Shown here: piece after piece, positions 35,500 through 45,374 of the stretch
Layout: each line of letters opens with the position of its first letter
Position numbering within the stretch: the first letter of the stretch is position 1
NCBI GenBank assembly: GCA_018062815.1
Contig: JAGORM010000002.1
Coordinates: 11,211-75,210, forward strand
Length of the DNA stretch: 64,000 nucleotides
Direction: 5' to 3'
From: Candidatus Levyibacteriota bacterium
Lineage (GTDB): Bacteria > Patescibacteriota > Microgenomatia > Levybacterales > GWA1-39-11
The notes under the pieces: model-generated
Told to the model about the DNA's origin: nothing
The model's input: the letters and a program-made list of their open reading frames with translations, nothing else
Database searches by the model: none
Translations under genes and position numbers: made by a program

Positions 35500-36264
35500 A
35501 TGGAAAATAAACCTCAACCAGCAGTTAAAAAGCCCAATTTTTTCAAGGGCATAAATAGAGTTGCAAAGGCTATGGGGATTGAGAAAGTTTCCGAGTCTAA
35601 TCCTACTACAGTGCAAAACCTACCCTCATTAACGCCTCAGGTAATTACTAGTGTTGAACAAATAAAACCTGTTGTAGAACAGCCTTCAGAAGGGAATACG
35701 CTTGCACCTGAGCAAAGTGCAGCACAGGATAATATGGGAATGACTCAGGGAACGGGTGAATCTGATACAACTCAGATAACGCCTCCGGTAGTTTCACCTC
35801 CAGAGATGCCCTCAGACGTGATTTCGGAAACCATTATTGTTCCAAGGTCTGAAGCAGTGCCATCCACAATTACTGTAGATAGCAAGAAAGATGAAATAGA
35901 GCCTAAAACAAGGATTGTGCCGGATATTTCCATGCCAAGCATGTCTCAAGAATCGCATCAAATGACTGAACAGGAAAATTCTTTGGTAGAATCATTAAGC
36001 GGTTCTCTTGAGGCACTTGTTTTAGAGACTGATTCTGGCAGTTACATAAATCCTGATGGTTCTATAGATAGCTTAAAGGTAAATTCAGCAGTAATAAAGT
36101 ACGCACAAAACCCAGAAAATATAGATAGAATAAAAGCAGTAGATCCAGTTTCAGGTACTTTTTTGCAAAACTTAGCTGACAGAGGGTTATTGCAGAATAA
36201 TAACGTGGTAGCCTCCGGTCTTAAAGTAATTTCTATAAGAAAAAACACTGATAAAGCTGCTTAA
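35500..36264 (+). CDS. Hypothetical low-complexity (Pro/Ser/Thr/Glu-rich) protein
   Basis: ORF; largely disordered-looking composition. Confidence 0.45.
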   Translation: MENKPQPAVKKPNFFKGINRVAKAMGIEKVSESNPTTVQNLPSLTPQVITSVEQIKPVVEQPSEGNTLAPEQSAAQDNMGMTQGTGESDTTQITPPVVSPPEMPSDVISETIIVPRSEAVPSTITVDSKKDEIEPKTRIVPDISMPSMSQESHQMTEQENSLVESLSGSLEALVLETDSGSYINPDGSIDSLKVNSAVIKYAQNPENIDRIKAVDPVSGTFLQNLADRGLLQNNNVVASGLKVISIRKNTDKAA

Positions 36265-36319
36265 GAAATTCTTTTCATATACTTGATACTTCTTTTTTGA
36301 TCCATCATACTAAAGCTAT

Positions 36320-37198
36320 ATGTCAGATTTTAAATTTATAGAGATTCCTAATGGGAATCAGTGGGTAGTAAGCGCGCCAAAGCGTGCAAAAAGACCTGTA
36401 AGTAAGAAAAAAACCGGATGTGTTTTTTGCCCAAAAGAAGATCCAAATGATATTGAAATCGAGAAGTATAGAATTGGTGGGGAAAAGGGTGACCCTCATT
36501 GGAAAATACGGATTATACAAAATAAATTTCCCTTCACCCCAATTCATGATGTTGTAATTCTCACTCCGGAGCATGTAAAACACCTTTCGGATGTTAGCGT
36601 GGAACAGGTGAGATTAGGTATAGAAGCATATGTAAATAGGTACAATACATATAAGAAAGATGGAAGTGTGACAATATTTGGGAATGCAGGCCCTGGATCC
36701 GGTGAATCTATAGGGCATCCTCATGCCCAAATCGCGGTAACTCCCTCAGAGGTCTCACTTACTGTTCCAAGGCTGGAGAAAGAACTTTCCTACAGGGGCG
36801 AGCATTTTGTGGTAGGAGAGTTTGAGATAATATGTCCGCCATATTCACAATGGCCTGATGAGGTTTGGGTTATCCCACAGGAACGGGGAAAAGTTTTTGG
36901 TGAGGTAACATATAAAGAAATTGAAAGCCTATCATATATTTGGCATAGACTAATTAAAATATTTGAAATTAGGCATGGGCATAAATTTCCTCATAATTTT
37001 TACATATACCCATTTTCAGACTGGTATTTAAGAATTATTCCCCGTGTAAAAATTCCCGGTGGATTTGAGTTGGCAACCGGGGTTTTTGTAAATACTCAAG
37101 ATCCTCATGAAACGATGAGCTTTATAAAAGAACATTTTGCTGAAGCTGAAGAAGATCATATTAAAAAACACAGAGCAAGATACCGAAAAGGCGTATAG
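36320..37198 (+). CDS. Galactose-1-phosphate uridylyltransferase-like HIT-family nucleotidyltransferase
   Basis: Zn-site CVFCP, PHWKIRIIQNKFPF, HIT-like GHPHAQI; short (292 aa) relative to E. coli GalT. Confidence 0.65.
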   Translation: MSDFKFIEIPNGNQWVVSAPKRAKRPVSKKKTGCVFCPKEDPNDIEIEKYRIGGEKGDPHWKIRIIQNKFPFTPIHDVVILTPEHVKHLSDVSVEQVRLGIEAYVNRYNTYKKDGSVTIFGNAGPGSGESIGHPHAQIAVTPSEVSLTVPRLEKELSYRGEHFVVGEFEIICPPYSQWPDEVWVIPQERGKVFGEVTYKEIESLSYIWHRLIKIFEIRHGHKFPHNFYIYPFSDWYLRIIPRVKIPGGFELATGVFVNTQDPHETMSFIKEHFAEAEEDHIKKHRARYRKGV

Positions 37199-37355
37199 GT
37201 TTACCGCAGTTAGCCTCCATCTATAATTGACTAATTCTATTTATGATGATGATTCTTGTGAAGAGAAGGTCTTGGAAGTTTTGAGATTGTTAATGAGAGG
37301 CTTGATAAATAATATACTTTTTGGTTTTCCAATCTGGTATAATTATTTTTTCCTG

Positions 37356-38138
37356 ATGAATAAAAATCTTGTTATTATATCTGATTACGGAATAGGTGAC
37401 CCCGCCTTTGTAGAGGTTTCTATACGTTTAAAGTCGTATTTGCCTGATTTGGCCATTTTTCCAATTGCAGCACCTGCGTTCTCAACAGTAAACACCGGTT
37501 TTTGGATTTCACAAATTGCCTTAGCTCAAAACGTGCGTGATACCTACATCTTTTCTAATACAGCACCCAGGAAAGAAGACAAAAGGGCACAAAAAAATAA
37601 TCGTGGAGAAAAGCTAATGTATGCAAGGCTAAAAAATGGGTTTGAAATTATTGCTGTAAATTCAGGATTTTGTTTTGCTTTTGTTAGGGATGACATAAAA
37701 GAGTTTAGAGAGGTTAAGGTGTCAAATGAAGGCTCACAATTCAGATCAAGAGATAATTATCCACAAAAGGTATCAGAAATGATTTCTGGAAAATATGAGG
37801 AATTTTTAGGAGAAGAAGTTCCAATTTATTCAATTCCTGAAATACCAAAGTGCAATGTTGCATCAATTGACGGGTATGGGAATATAAAAACAACAATGCG
37901 TCTTTCAGAGATTAGTTATAAGCCTGGGCAGAAATTATTGATGAAATTAAATGAAACCTCACATTTAGTTACATTTTCTGATGGGGTATTTAATATAGCG
38001 GAAGGTGAAACGGCATTTGCTCCGGGATCATCAGGTTATGATGACCGTTTTATGGAAATATTTGTCCGTGGTGGTAGTGCATATGCGCAATTTAGAAAAC
38101 CCCGTGTAGAACAAGAATTTGAGATAGTTAAGAAATAG
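37356..38138 (+). CDS. SAM hydroxide adenosyltransferase-like (DUF62 / fluorinase-chlorinase family) protein
   Basis: Start set at MNKNLVIISDYGIGDPAFVEV, the family's typical N-terminus (track ORF starts 43 codons earlier at 37227). C-terminal ASIDGYGNIKTTM resembles the DxFGNxxTN motif. Confidence 0.55.
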   Translation: MNKNLVIISDYGIGDPAFVEVSIRLKSYLPDLAIFPIAAPAFSTVNTGFWISQIALAQNVRDTYIFSNTAPRKEDKRAQKNNRGEKLMYARLKNGFEIIAVNSGFCFAFVRDDIKEFREVKVSNEGSQFRSRDNYPQKVSEMISGKYEEFLGEEVPIYSIPEIPKCNVASIDGYGNIKTTMRLSEISYKPGQKLLMKLNETSHLVTFSDGVFNIAEGETAFAPGSSGYDDRFMEIFVRGGSAYAQFRKPRVEQEFEIVKK

Positions 38139-38181
38139 AATCTTTTTGAATGAGATAGTAAAATATTTTATTCAACCCCTC

Positions 38182-39054
38182 TTAAGGTGTAGTAGTCGGT
38201 AGTACTATTTGAGGTATGTCTTGGTTTTTCAGTTGTGACTTAGCCTTTAAAAATCCCGATTCTGAAGCATTTGTATTCTTAGGTGTTACGATTATAAGCC
38301 CCTGTATGATCTGACGAGCATCAAGAAGCGCAGTTTTTATATCCTGGATTGCAGTTTGAAGATTTGCTTTTGCGTTTTGAAGAATTATTTTATTGTTAGG
38401 ATAACCTTCTGGAGTGAGTGGGGTAATATTTGTAATAATCGTATTTGCCTGAGCATTTGCGTCTGTAATTTTTAAGTTCATATCTGCAAGTAACGGTTCA
38501 ATTGTGGTAGTATCTACACCATTTTTCTTAGCGCTAGTTATCCTTTCTGATAGTCTGGCTGAAAGCGAGGAAAGTTTTGTTGTTGTTTCAAGTACGCTAT
38601 TTGCACCTGCAAGAAGACGTATTTGTGGGATATAAACAGCATAAACGCGATAAGATGTTACTATAGATTGTATATCTGTCTTAAGAATTGTAGCGTCTGT
38701 ATCTGATTGAATTTTAGTGGACAATGTATTTAGGCTTGTTATTTCAGCTTGAATTGAAGTTGCAAATTTTTCTTTTTGAGCGGGGGTTAAATATTTTAAA
38801 GAGTTTATCTTTGTTAAAAGTTCTGATAATGATTTGATTCGTTTTTGAATTTCAGACAGGGCACGTTGTTGAAGAGTTCCTTGTATATTTTGCTTAATGA
38901 CAGCACTATTGCTTCCAACCCTATTGCCGGTGGGGTATTTAATTTGACTTGGATTGAGCGTCACGCTTTGAGCATGAGCAGTTTTTACCCCCGTGAATAG
39001 AAGTAAAGAGAGAACAATAATTAATAGTGAGCTGTATTTATATGCGTATTTCAT
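38182..39054 (-). CDS. Secreted alpha-helical protein with cleavable signal peptide
   Basis: Signal peptide LLIIVLSLLLFTGVKTAHAQ; helical/coiled composition. Confidence 0.55.
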   Translation of the reverse strand: MKYAYKYSSLLIIVLSLLLFTGVKTAHAQSVTLNPSQIKYPTGNRVGSNSAVIKQNIQGTLQQRALSEIQKRIKSLSELLTKINSLKYLTPAQKEKFATSIQAEITSLNTLSTKIQSDTDATILKTDIQSIVTSYRVYAVYIPQIRLLAGANSVLETTTKLSSLSARLSERITSAKKNGVDTTTIEPLLADMNLKITDANAQANTIITNITPLTPEGYPNNKIILQNAKANLQTAIQDIKTALLDARQIIQGLIIVTPKNTNASESGFLKAKSQLKNQDIPQIVLPTTTP

Positions 39055-39500
39055 TATTGCAAATTTGGTGCCTGTTCAGTAAGTGAATCGTTTATTTGGT
39101 TTAGCTGTGTTTCAAGTTGATTCACATCTTGTGTTACTTCTTGGTTTGTCTGTTCAAGTGCTGCATCACTTGAAGCTGTAGTGGGGGATGGGATTAGGGT
39201 TGGAGTAACAGTCGATTCAACTGTAACTTTTTTTTCTGCTGTTTCTTTTCCCTGAAGCATTACAAAATAAGTTATTCCAAATATAACTACAAGACCTACT
39301 AGTCCTATTAAAACAAAAAATAAGATTTTTGATGATTTATGTTGTGTCTGCATGTTATCCGTTGTGGATGATTGAGGAGGAGTAGGATCGTTGGTAGGAG
39401 GTGTTGTCTGTTGTGGCTCAGGGGCTTGAACAGGAGCAGCAGGCGTAGGTGGTGTCGCATTCTCTACCGGAGTAGTAGTATTCTGGGCAGAATTTTCCAT
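39054..39500 (-). CDS. Pro/Thr-rich single-pass membrane protein
   Basis: PT-rich N-terminus, TM ILFFVLIGLVGLVVIFGITYFVM; start overlaps the stop of the downstream gene (ATGA-type junction at 39054). Confidence 0.5.
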   Translation of the reverse strand: MENSAQNTTTPVENATPPTPAAPVQAPEPQQTTPPTNDPTPPQSSTTDNMQTQHKSSKILFFVLIGLVGLVVIFGITYFVMLQGKETAEKKVTVESTVTPTLIPSPTTASSDAALEQTNQEVTQDVNQLETQLNQINDSLTEQAPNLQ

Positions 39501-39538
39501 ATAGTTTAGAGTACCTTCTTAGCAGGGAATTGTCAAGT

Positions 39539-39982
39539 TTATTTTATATTTCCTGAGTGAATTGTGTTTTTTCTATAAAAATTATTATTTACTATTTTAT
39601 TTGCTATAAGCCCAGTCATAAGCTGCAGCACTTCCTGTCTTGTGAGTTTCCATAAGTTTGTGTTTGATAAATATTCGCCCACTCCCAATGCAGACCTAAC
39701 TTTTCTGATTTTATCTTGATCATAAGACATGACAAGTTGACCGACATCAGTAAGAGTTGTTTGTATGTATTCACTTTCCCAGTTTAGCTGTTCCCATATT
39801 TTTTCACCTATGGAACTTGATGCGAGTGCATTAAAATCCTTTACGGCTATCCCCCAAGTACTTTTTAACTGTTCTCTTTTTCTGGCGTTATTTTTTTCTA
39901 AGTTACTCCCATCATGAGGAAAGGGAATTTTTGTCAACCCAATAAAGGGAGGTTGTTGTGATAAGAACTCAGCTGAGGGCAT
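39539..39982 (-). CDS. Hypothetical protein (147 aa)
   Basis: ORF directly downstream of rplA on the same strand. Confidence 0.45.
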   Translation of the reverse strand: MPSAEFLSQQPPFIGLTKIPFPHDGSNLEKNNARKREQLKSTWGIAVKDFNALASSSIGEKIWEQLNWESEYIQTTLTDVGQLVMSYDQDKIRKVRSALGVGEYLSNTNLWKLTRQEVLQLMTGLIANKIVNNNFYRKNTIHSGNIK

Positions 39983-39991
39983 AATAGATTT

Positions 39992-40822
39992 TTACAGGGA
40001 AATCTTTACCGCGGGTGACATAGTAGACTTAAGAATTACTGAATTGATTTTACTGTTCCCTATAGCGGACAAAACGGTTGTGATATTATCTGCAATTTTT
40101 TTATCTTCAAAAGATAATTTACCCACAGAAAGATGAATGATGGGAGCTGTTGACTCTGTTTTATATCCAATTTGCCCTGCAGAAAGTTTTTCAGCTGCCT
40201 TTTCAGGTTCCGTGCTAATTGTTCCATTCTTGGGATTTGGCATAAGGCCGCGTGGTCCTAGTATTTTTGCTACCTTAGCCAGTTTAGGCATTACTGAAGG
40301 ATGGGCTACAAGAACATCAAAGCTGATTTTCCCTTTTTCTATCTCTGTAATTAATTGATCATCTGCAATTTTTATATTCAGTTTTTTGCCTGTTCCGTGT
40401 GGAAGGACAACTGTTCCTGAAATTCCCTTTTCTCTTGTGTTTATGTGAAGCTCTACGGTTTCATCAAAAGATGAGGCTTTAAACTTTCTTAATTTTTCAA
40501 TTGATCTTGTAATATTTAATGGAGTAGTATCAGTAAGTTTTTTATTTTCTATATGACGCTTAGAGATGACTCTGGCTTTTTTTTCTGCCTTTTCTTTTTT
40601 TTGAGATGTTTCTTTCTCATTCGGGGCAACATCTAGCTGGGCTGAAATTTCTTCTTCGGAAACGCCCACGGTAGTTGTTCTTTCTCCGCCCTTCATTCCT
40701 GCAACATGAGCACTTTTCTTTCCTTCGCGTAAATCTTTTTGTTCACGCTTAGCCTTATTTTTTTCTATTTCCTGCTGCTCTTGTTGTTCATCTCCTATGA
40801 CTTTTATTTTTACTTTTCCCAT
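39992..40822 (-). CDS. rplA: 50S ribosomal protein L1 with ~90-aa Lys/Glu-rich N-terminal extension
   Basis: L1 core GTVVLPHGTGKKLNIKI, FDVLVAHPSVMPKLAKVAKILGPRGLMPNPKNGT; 276 aa versus ~230 typical. Confidence 0.85.
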   Translation of the reverse strand: MGKVKIKVIGDEQQEQQEIEKNKAKREQKDLREGKKSAHVAGMKGGERTTTVGVSEEEISAQLDVAPNEKETSQKKEKAEKKARVISKRHIENKKLTDTTPLNITRSIEKLRKFKASSFDETVELHINTREKGISGTVVLPHGTGKKLNIKIADDQLITEIEKGKISFDVLVAHPSVMPKLAKVAKILGPRGLMPNPKNGTISTEPEKAAEKLSAGQIGYKTESTAPIIHLSVGKLSFEDKKIADNITTVLSAIGNSKINSVILKSTMSPAVKISL

Positions 40823-40866
40823 ATTTAAAAACTTTCTTAGAGTATATCTTTTTTTTGTTTAAGAAA

Positions 40867-41301
40867 TTACACAGCTTCTGCCTCTGTTTCAATTCCCATA
40901 CTTCGCGCAACGCCCTTTACAATTCGTGCACCCATTTTAACATCTTTCGTATTTAAATCATCCATCTTAATGGTTGCAATTTCTTCAGCTTGGGCATTTG
41001 AAAGTTTTCCTGCAACTTCTTTTGAAGGTTTTCCTGATCCCTTTTGAATCTTAAGCGTTTTTTTAATAAGTTCAGCAACAGGTGGCTTTTTTACTATAAA
41101 AGAAAATGTTCTGTCTTCATAAACGGTGATAACTACAGGGAGTACTGTTCCTTTTTGATCTCCGGTTTTATCATTAAACGCTTTCACAAACTCCATAATA
41201 GGAAGTCCGTGAGGACCTAGTGCGGTACCTATAGGAGGTGCAGGGGTTGCCTCTCCACCCTTAACGTTAATCTTTATAAATGTCTTTATTTTTTTTGCCA
41301 T
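40867..41301 (-). CDS. rplK: 50S ribosomal protein L11
   Basis: MAKKIKTFIKINVKGGEATPAPPIGTALGPHGLPIMEFVKAFN. Confidence 0.9.
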   Translation of the reverse strand: MAKKIKTFIKINVKGGEATPAPPIGTALGPHGLPIMEFVKAFNDKTGDQKGTVLPVVITVYEDRTFSFIVKKPPVAELIKKTLKIQKGSGKPSKEVAGKLSNAQAEEIATIKMDDLNTKDVKMGARIVKGVARSMGIETEAEAV

Positions 41302-41325
41302 TTTTCTTTAAAAATACCTTTTATC

Positions 41326-41862
41326 TTATAGTTTCTCCACCTGTAAGAAATCAAATTCTACTGGTGTTTCGCGTTCAAAGATGTTCATTAAGACCTTAAG
41401 CCTTCCCCGTTGTTCATCAATTGATTCTATTGTTCCTAGTTGATCTGAAAATGGTCCATCTATTATCTTTACGGCTTGTCCTACAGAGAATGCAGATTTA
41501 AATACCGGATCTTTCATCTCTACAAATTTAACAATTGCTTCAACTTCATCATCCCGCACTGGAGTTGGTTTATTTTGTGCTCCTACAAAAGAGGTCACAC
41601 CTGCTGTAGTGCGTACTAAGAGCCATGATTCATCATCCAGAACCATTTTTACCATAATGTAACCTGGGAAAATTTTCTCCTTAACGTTTTCTTTCTTTCC
41701 CCCGCGAACCTTGATGGTTTCACGAGTTGGAACGAGGACCTCAAGAATTCTTCCCTCAAATCCCATACTTTGTACACGTTGCATAAGTGTTTTTGCAACT
41801 TTATTTTCGTGTCCAGAATAGGTGTGAACTATATACCAGTGTGCTTTTTTTAATTCTTCCAT
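41326..41862 (-). CDS. nusG: Transcription termination/antitermination factor NusG
   Basis: NGN domain WYIVHTYSGHENKV; KOW-like C-terminus GQAVKIIDGPFSDQLGTIESID. Confidence 0.9.
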   Translation of the reverse strand: MEELKKAHWYIVHTYSGHENKVAKTLMQRVQSMGFEGRILEVLVPTRETIKVRGGKKENVKEKIFPGYIMVKMVLDDESWLLVRTTAGVTSFVGAQNKPTPVRDDEVEAIVKFVEMKDPVFKSAFSVGQAVKIIDGPFSDQLGTIESIDEQRGRLKVLMNIFERETPVEFDFLQVEKL

Positions 41863-41883
41863 ACTTTATATATACCTAAATTA

Positions 41884-42075
41884 TTATTGAATTATCAATT
41901 TTAACAGTTCTGCAAACAAAAAGTCTGCGATACCTAAATATATGCCTACAAATATGCTTATTGCAATAACTACTGCAGTTAGACGCATAATCTCAGTTCT
42001 ACTTGGCCATTCTACCTGCATAAGTTCAGCCTGTACTTGTTTTAAGAACGTGAGCATATAAAACTCAAATCTCAA
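41884..42075 (-). CDS. secE: Preprotein translocase subunit SecE
   Basis: 63 aa, single TM LTAVVIAISIFVGIYLGIADFLF preceded by EWPSRTE, directly upstream of nusG. Confidence 0.8.
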   Translation of the reverse strand: MRFEFYMLTFLKQVQAELMQVEWPSRTEIMRLTAVVIAISIFVGIYLGIADFLFAELLKLIIQ

Positions 42076-42222
42076 ATCGGAAATTTATCTAGCTTGGAAA
42101 CTACAATCTGAGGTTGAGAACTTAATTTTATCACACATTACTTAGCCTTGTAAAGTGTGTATTGTTTTAAGTCCTATTTGATGTTTGACAAATTTTCTGT
42201 AAAAATCTACAATTGCATAACA

Positions 42223-43116
42223 ATGTCAAGAATTAGAAAAGCTGTTATTCCCGCGGCAGGATTTGGAACGCGCTTTCTCCCCCAGACAAAAGCAATGCCC
42301 AAGGAAATGCTACCTATAGTAGATAAGCCCATCATCCAGTACATAGTTGAAGAATTGGTGAATGCGGGTATTACAGATATTATTTTAGTAACAGGTTATC
42401 ACAAGCGTACAATAGAGGATCACTTTGATGCGGCAAATCTGGATCTTATTGAAAATTTAAGAATGGGAGGGGAGAAAAAACGCCCGCTTCTTGAGGAAAT
42501 AGAAAAAATCTCCGGTATGGCAAATTTTATTTACGTACGGCAAAAAGGTCCTTATGGGAATGGAACGCCCCTTATGAATGTGCGTCATATTGTAGGGAAT
42601 GAACCATTTATCTATGCATTTTCAGATGATTTTATCCACGCAGCTCCTAAATCCCGCTTTCAACAGTTAGTTGAGCTATATGATGAGTTTGGATGTTCTA
42701 TTTTGTCATCAATTAGGGCAGAAAAAGAAGTAGACTATGATAGATATGGCTTTGCCGGCGGAGAAGAGATTCGACCAGGAGTAATTTCTGCAAAGGTAAT
42801 AATTGAAAAACCAGGGAAAGATGCTGCCCCTTCAGACTTAGCAAATGTTAGTTCAACCGTACTGTCTCCTGAAATTTTTAACTACTTAGATCGTGCATCT
42901 GAAAACTTAAAGGATGGAGATGAGCTATATTATAATGATGCCCTCAAGCTCATGATTGAAGATGGTAGAAAGGTAATAGCTGCCGAAATTGCTGGCGGAA
43001 AGTACTATGATACGGGAAATAAATTAGAATACATGAAAACAGTTGTAGAATTTGCCCTTGAGCACCCTGAGATTAATGGGAAATTCCGTGAGTTCCTAAA
43101 AGGTCTTGACCTCTAA
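42223..43116 (+). CDS. galU: UTP-glucose-1-phosphate uridylyltransferase
   Basis: KAVIPAAGFGTRFLPQTKAMPKEMLPIVDKPIIQYIVEE. Start at MSRIRKAV (track start 42157 adds 22 poorly conserved residues). Confidence 0.85.
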   Translation: MSRIRKAVIPAAGFGTRFLPQTKAMPKEMLPIVDKPIIQYIVEELVNAGITDIILVTGYHKRTIEDHFDAANLDLIENLRMGGEKKRPLLEEIEKISGMANFIYVRQKGPYGNGTPLMNVRHIVGNEPFIYAFSDDFIHAAPKSRFQQLVELYDEFGCSILSSIRAEKEVDYDRYGFAGGEEIRPGVISAKVIIEKPGKDAAPSDLANVSSTVLSPEIFNYLDRASENLKDGDELYYNDALKLMIEDGRKVIAAEIAGGKYYDTGNKLEYMKTVVEFALEHPEINGKFREFLKGLDL

Positions 43117-43183
43117 TAGTTTTAAAAACCTTAACAATTCCTTCTATATTACCTTCTGAATTATCGTGCTGTATAATAAGTTT

Positions 43184-44881
43184 ATGAGTGCACAAAAAGA
43201 TATTTTATTTGCCTTGTCAGAATTAATAGAGCAATTACATGAAAAGACAGAAGTGGTGCTTGATATACCAGAGGACTACATAAATGGAGATTATTCATCA
43301 AGCATAGCCTTAAAGCTTTCAAAGAAAATGGGTAAGCCTCCCCGGGAAATTGCAGAGGAGATAAAACAAAAAATGGAAAAATACCATGTTGAATCTCTTG
43401 AGAGAGTTGAAGTGGCAGGTCCTGGCTTTATTAATTTCTACCTTTCAAAAAGTTATTTGATCTCCGGTTTAAATTTAATTAGGGAGCAAAAAGATAAATT
43501 TGGGGAATCTAACACGCTTCAAGAAAAGAAAATAATGGTTGAGTTTACCGATCCTAACCCGCTCAAAGAATTTCACATAGGGCATTTATATAGTAATGCA
43601 GTAGGGGAGAGTGTATCCCGTCTTTTAGAGTCTCAGGGCGCAGAGGTTGTACGCGCTTGTTATCAAGGAGACGTAGGAATGCATGTGGCAAAAGCTCTTT
43701 TTGGCATTATGAGTTTTGGGCTTAAAATAGATGAGATGCAAGGCGAGTCTCTTCCTGCGAAGGCAAAATTCTTAGGGGAAGCATATGCGTTGGGTGCTAA
43801 AAAATATGAAGAAAGCGATGAAATAAAAAAAGAGATAGGGGAATTAAATAAAAAAATATATAATCATGATCCTGAAGTATATCCTTTATATGAACAGGCA
43901 AAAGAATGGAGCCTTTTGTATTTTGAGCAGATGTATGAGAGGTTGGGAACAAAATATAAAGAATATTATTTTGAGTCAAAAGTGGGAGAAGAAGGTGTAA
44001 AAATTGTTAAAGAAAACTTGGGGACTGTGTTTGAGGAGGATAACGGTGCAATAATCTTTTCAAAGGAAAAATCCAATCTTCATACGCGTGTATTTATAAA
44101 TTCACAAGGTCTCCCTACATATGAAGCAAAAGAACTAGGATTGGCTCCTATAAAATATGAAGATTTTCCCTATGACCAGTCAATTATTATTACAGGAAAT
44201 GAAATAAATGAATATTTTAAGGTGCTTCTTGCAGCGCTTTCTCTGATAAGACCTGATCTTGCTGAAAAAACTATACATATTTCTCATGGTATGGTGCGGC
44301 TTCCAAGCGGAAAGATGTCCAGTAGGACCGGAGACGTTATAACAGGTGAATGGTTGCTTAATGAGACTAAGAGTAAATTAAAAACTGCGCATTCAGAAAT
44401 GAGCGAAGATGTTTCAGAGAAGCTTACCATTGGGGCAGTAAAGTACGCACTCTTAAAAGTTGGGATCGGATCTGATATTACATTTTCATTTGAGGAATCA
44501 ATTAACCTTCATGGAAATTCTGGCCCATATATTCAATATTCTTATGCCAGAACGCAAAATGTTTTAGATAAATTTGAAAAAAGTGAATATGGGCTAACTT
44601 CTCCTGATTCACTTATGAAAGAAGAGCAGGAGGTACTAAAAAAAATGATTCATTTTCCGGAAATCGTCATGAATGCAGCAGCTTCATTTTCTCCGAGCAT
44701 ACTTTGCACATACTTATATGACTTGTCTCAATTGTTTAATGCGTTCTATGAAAAACATAGGGTATACCAAGAAGACGATCTCACGGTTAAAAATTTTAGG
44801 CGCGCGCTTACTGAGTCAACAGGATATGTGCTAGGGAATGGCTTGCATTTATTGGGCATTTTATCACCATCTAAAATATAA
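43184..44881 (+). CDS. argS: Arginine-tRNA ligase
   Basis: N-terminal GPGFINFYL, class-I HIGH motif (HIGHLYSNAVGES), KMSSR-like GKMSSRTG; ~565 aa. ATG at 43184 sits 6 nt after a TATAAT box (43172-43177); the track's GTG at 43166 is an alternative start. Confidence 0.85.
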   Translation: MSAQKDILFALSELIEQLHEKTEVVLDIPEDYINGDYSSSIALKLSKKMGKPPREIAEEIKQKMEKYHVESLERVEVAGPGFINFYLSKSYLISGLNLIREQKDKFGESNTLQEKKIMVEFTDPNPLKEFHIGHLYSNAVGESVSRLLESQGAEVVRACYQGDVGMHVAKALFGIMSFGLKIDEMQGESLPAKAKFLGEAYALGAKKYEESDEIKKEIGELNKKIYNHDPEVYPLYEQAKEWSLLYFEQMYERLGTKYKEYYFESKVGEEGVKIVKENLGTVFEEDNGAIIFSKEKSNLHTRVFINSQGLPTYEAKELGLAPIKYEDFPYDQSIIITGNEINEYFKVLLAALSLIRPDLAEKTIHISHGMVRLPSGKMSSRTGDVITGEWLLNETKSKLKTAHSEMSEDVSEKLTIGAVKYALLKVGIGSDITFSFEESINLHGNSGPYIQYSYARTQNVLDKFEKSEYGLTSPDSLMKEEQEVLKKMIHFPEIVMNAAASFSPSILCTYLYDLSQLFNAFYEKHRVYQEDDLTVKNFRRALTESTGYVLGNGLHLLGILSPSKI

Positions 44882-44887
44882 GTCAGA

Positions 44888-45286
44888 TTATTCAGGCTTG
44901 TGCTTCCTGGGGTATTTTAGATATTTTCTATATTCCTCGTAGGTATAAATCTCTTTTCCGAGCATTCTAAGTGACATAAGACATGCATTCCTGTATATCT
45001 TATTCGCAGATCGGGGGTTGTACCCTGCCTCCGCAAATTTAGACTGTATTTCGTCTGTGTTTTTCTGCAAATCCGAATATGCCTCCCGCATGTCAATATG
45101 ATCCCAGGGTGTATTTGGTTCTTCTGTGGCTTTATATTCTTTTAATCCTAAGTATATTTTTTTTGCTAACGTGACTTGAAGCTCAAGCGGAAGTCGTCCT
45201 TTGAGTGTTTTATTTTGTACAACTTCTACGGAAACTTGAAGTATAGTATTTATTTCTGAATTGTCTTTTCTTTCAGGGTTAGCCAC
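44888..45286 (-). CDS. Hypothetical protein (132 aa)
   Basis: ORF convergent with argS. Confidence 0.45.
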   Translation of the reverse strand: MANPERKDNSEINTILQVSVEVVQNKTLKGRLPLELQVTLAKKIYLGLKEYKATEEPNTPWDHIDMREAYSDLQKNTDEIQSKFAEAGYNPRSANKIYRNACLMSLRMLGKEIYTYEEYRKYLKYPRKHKPE

Positions 45287-45374
45287 GTTTGAACTATATC
45301 ATCTTATAATAAATCTTGCAACACATTGAAAGATACGAGGCTATATGAGATAATGTGAGCCTTCACGTAAATTT

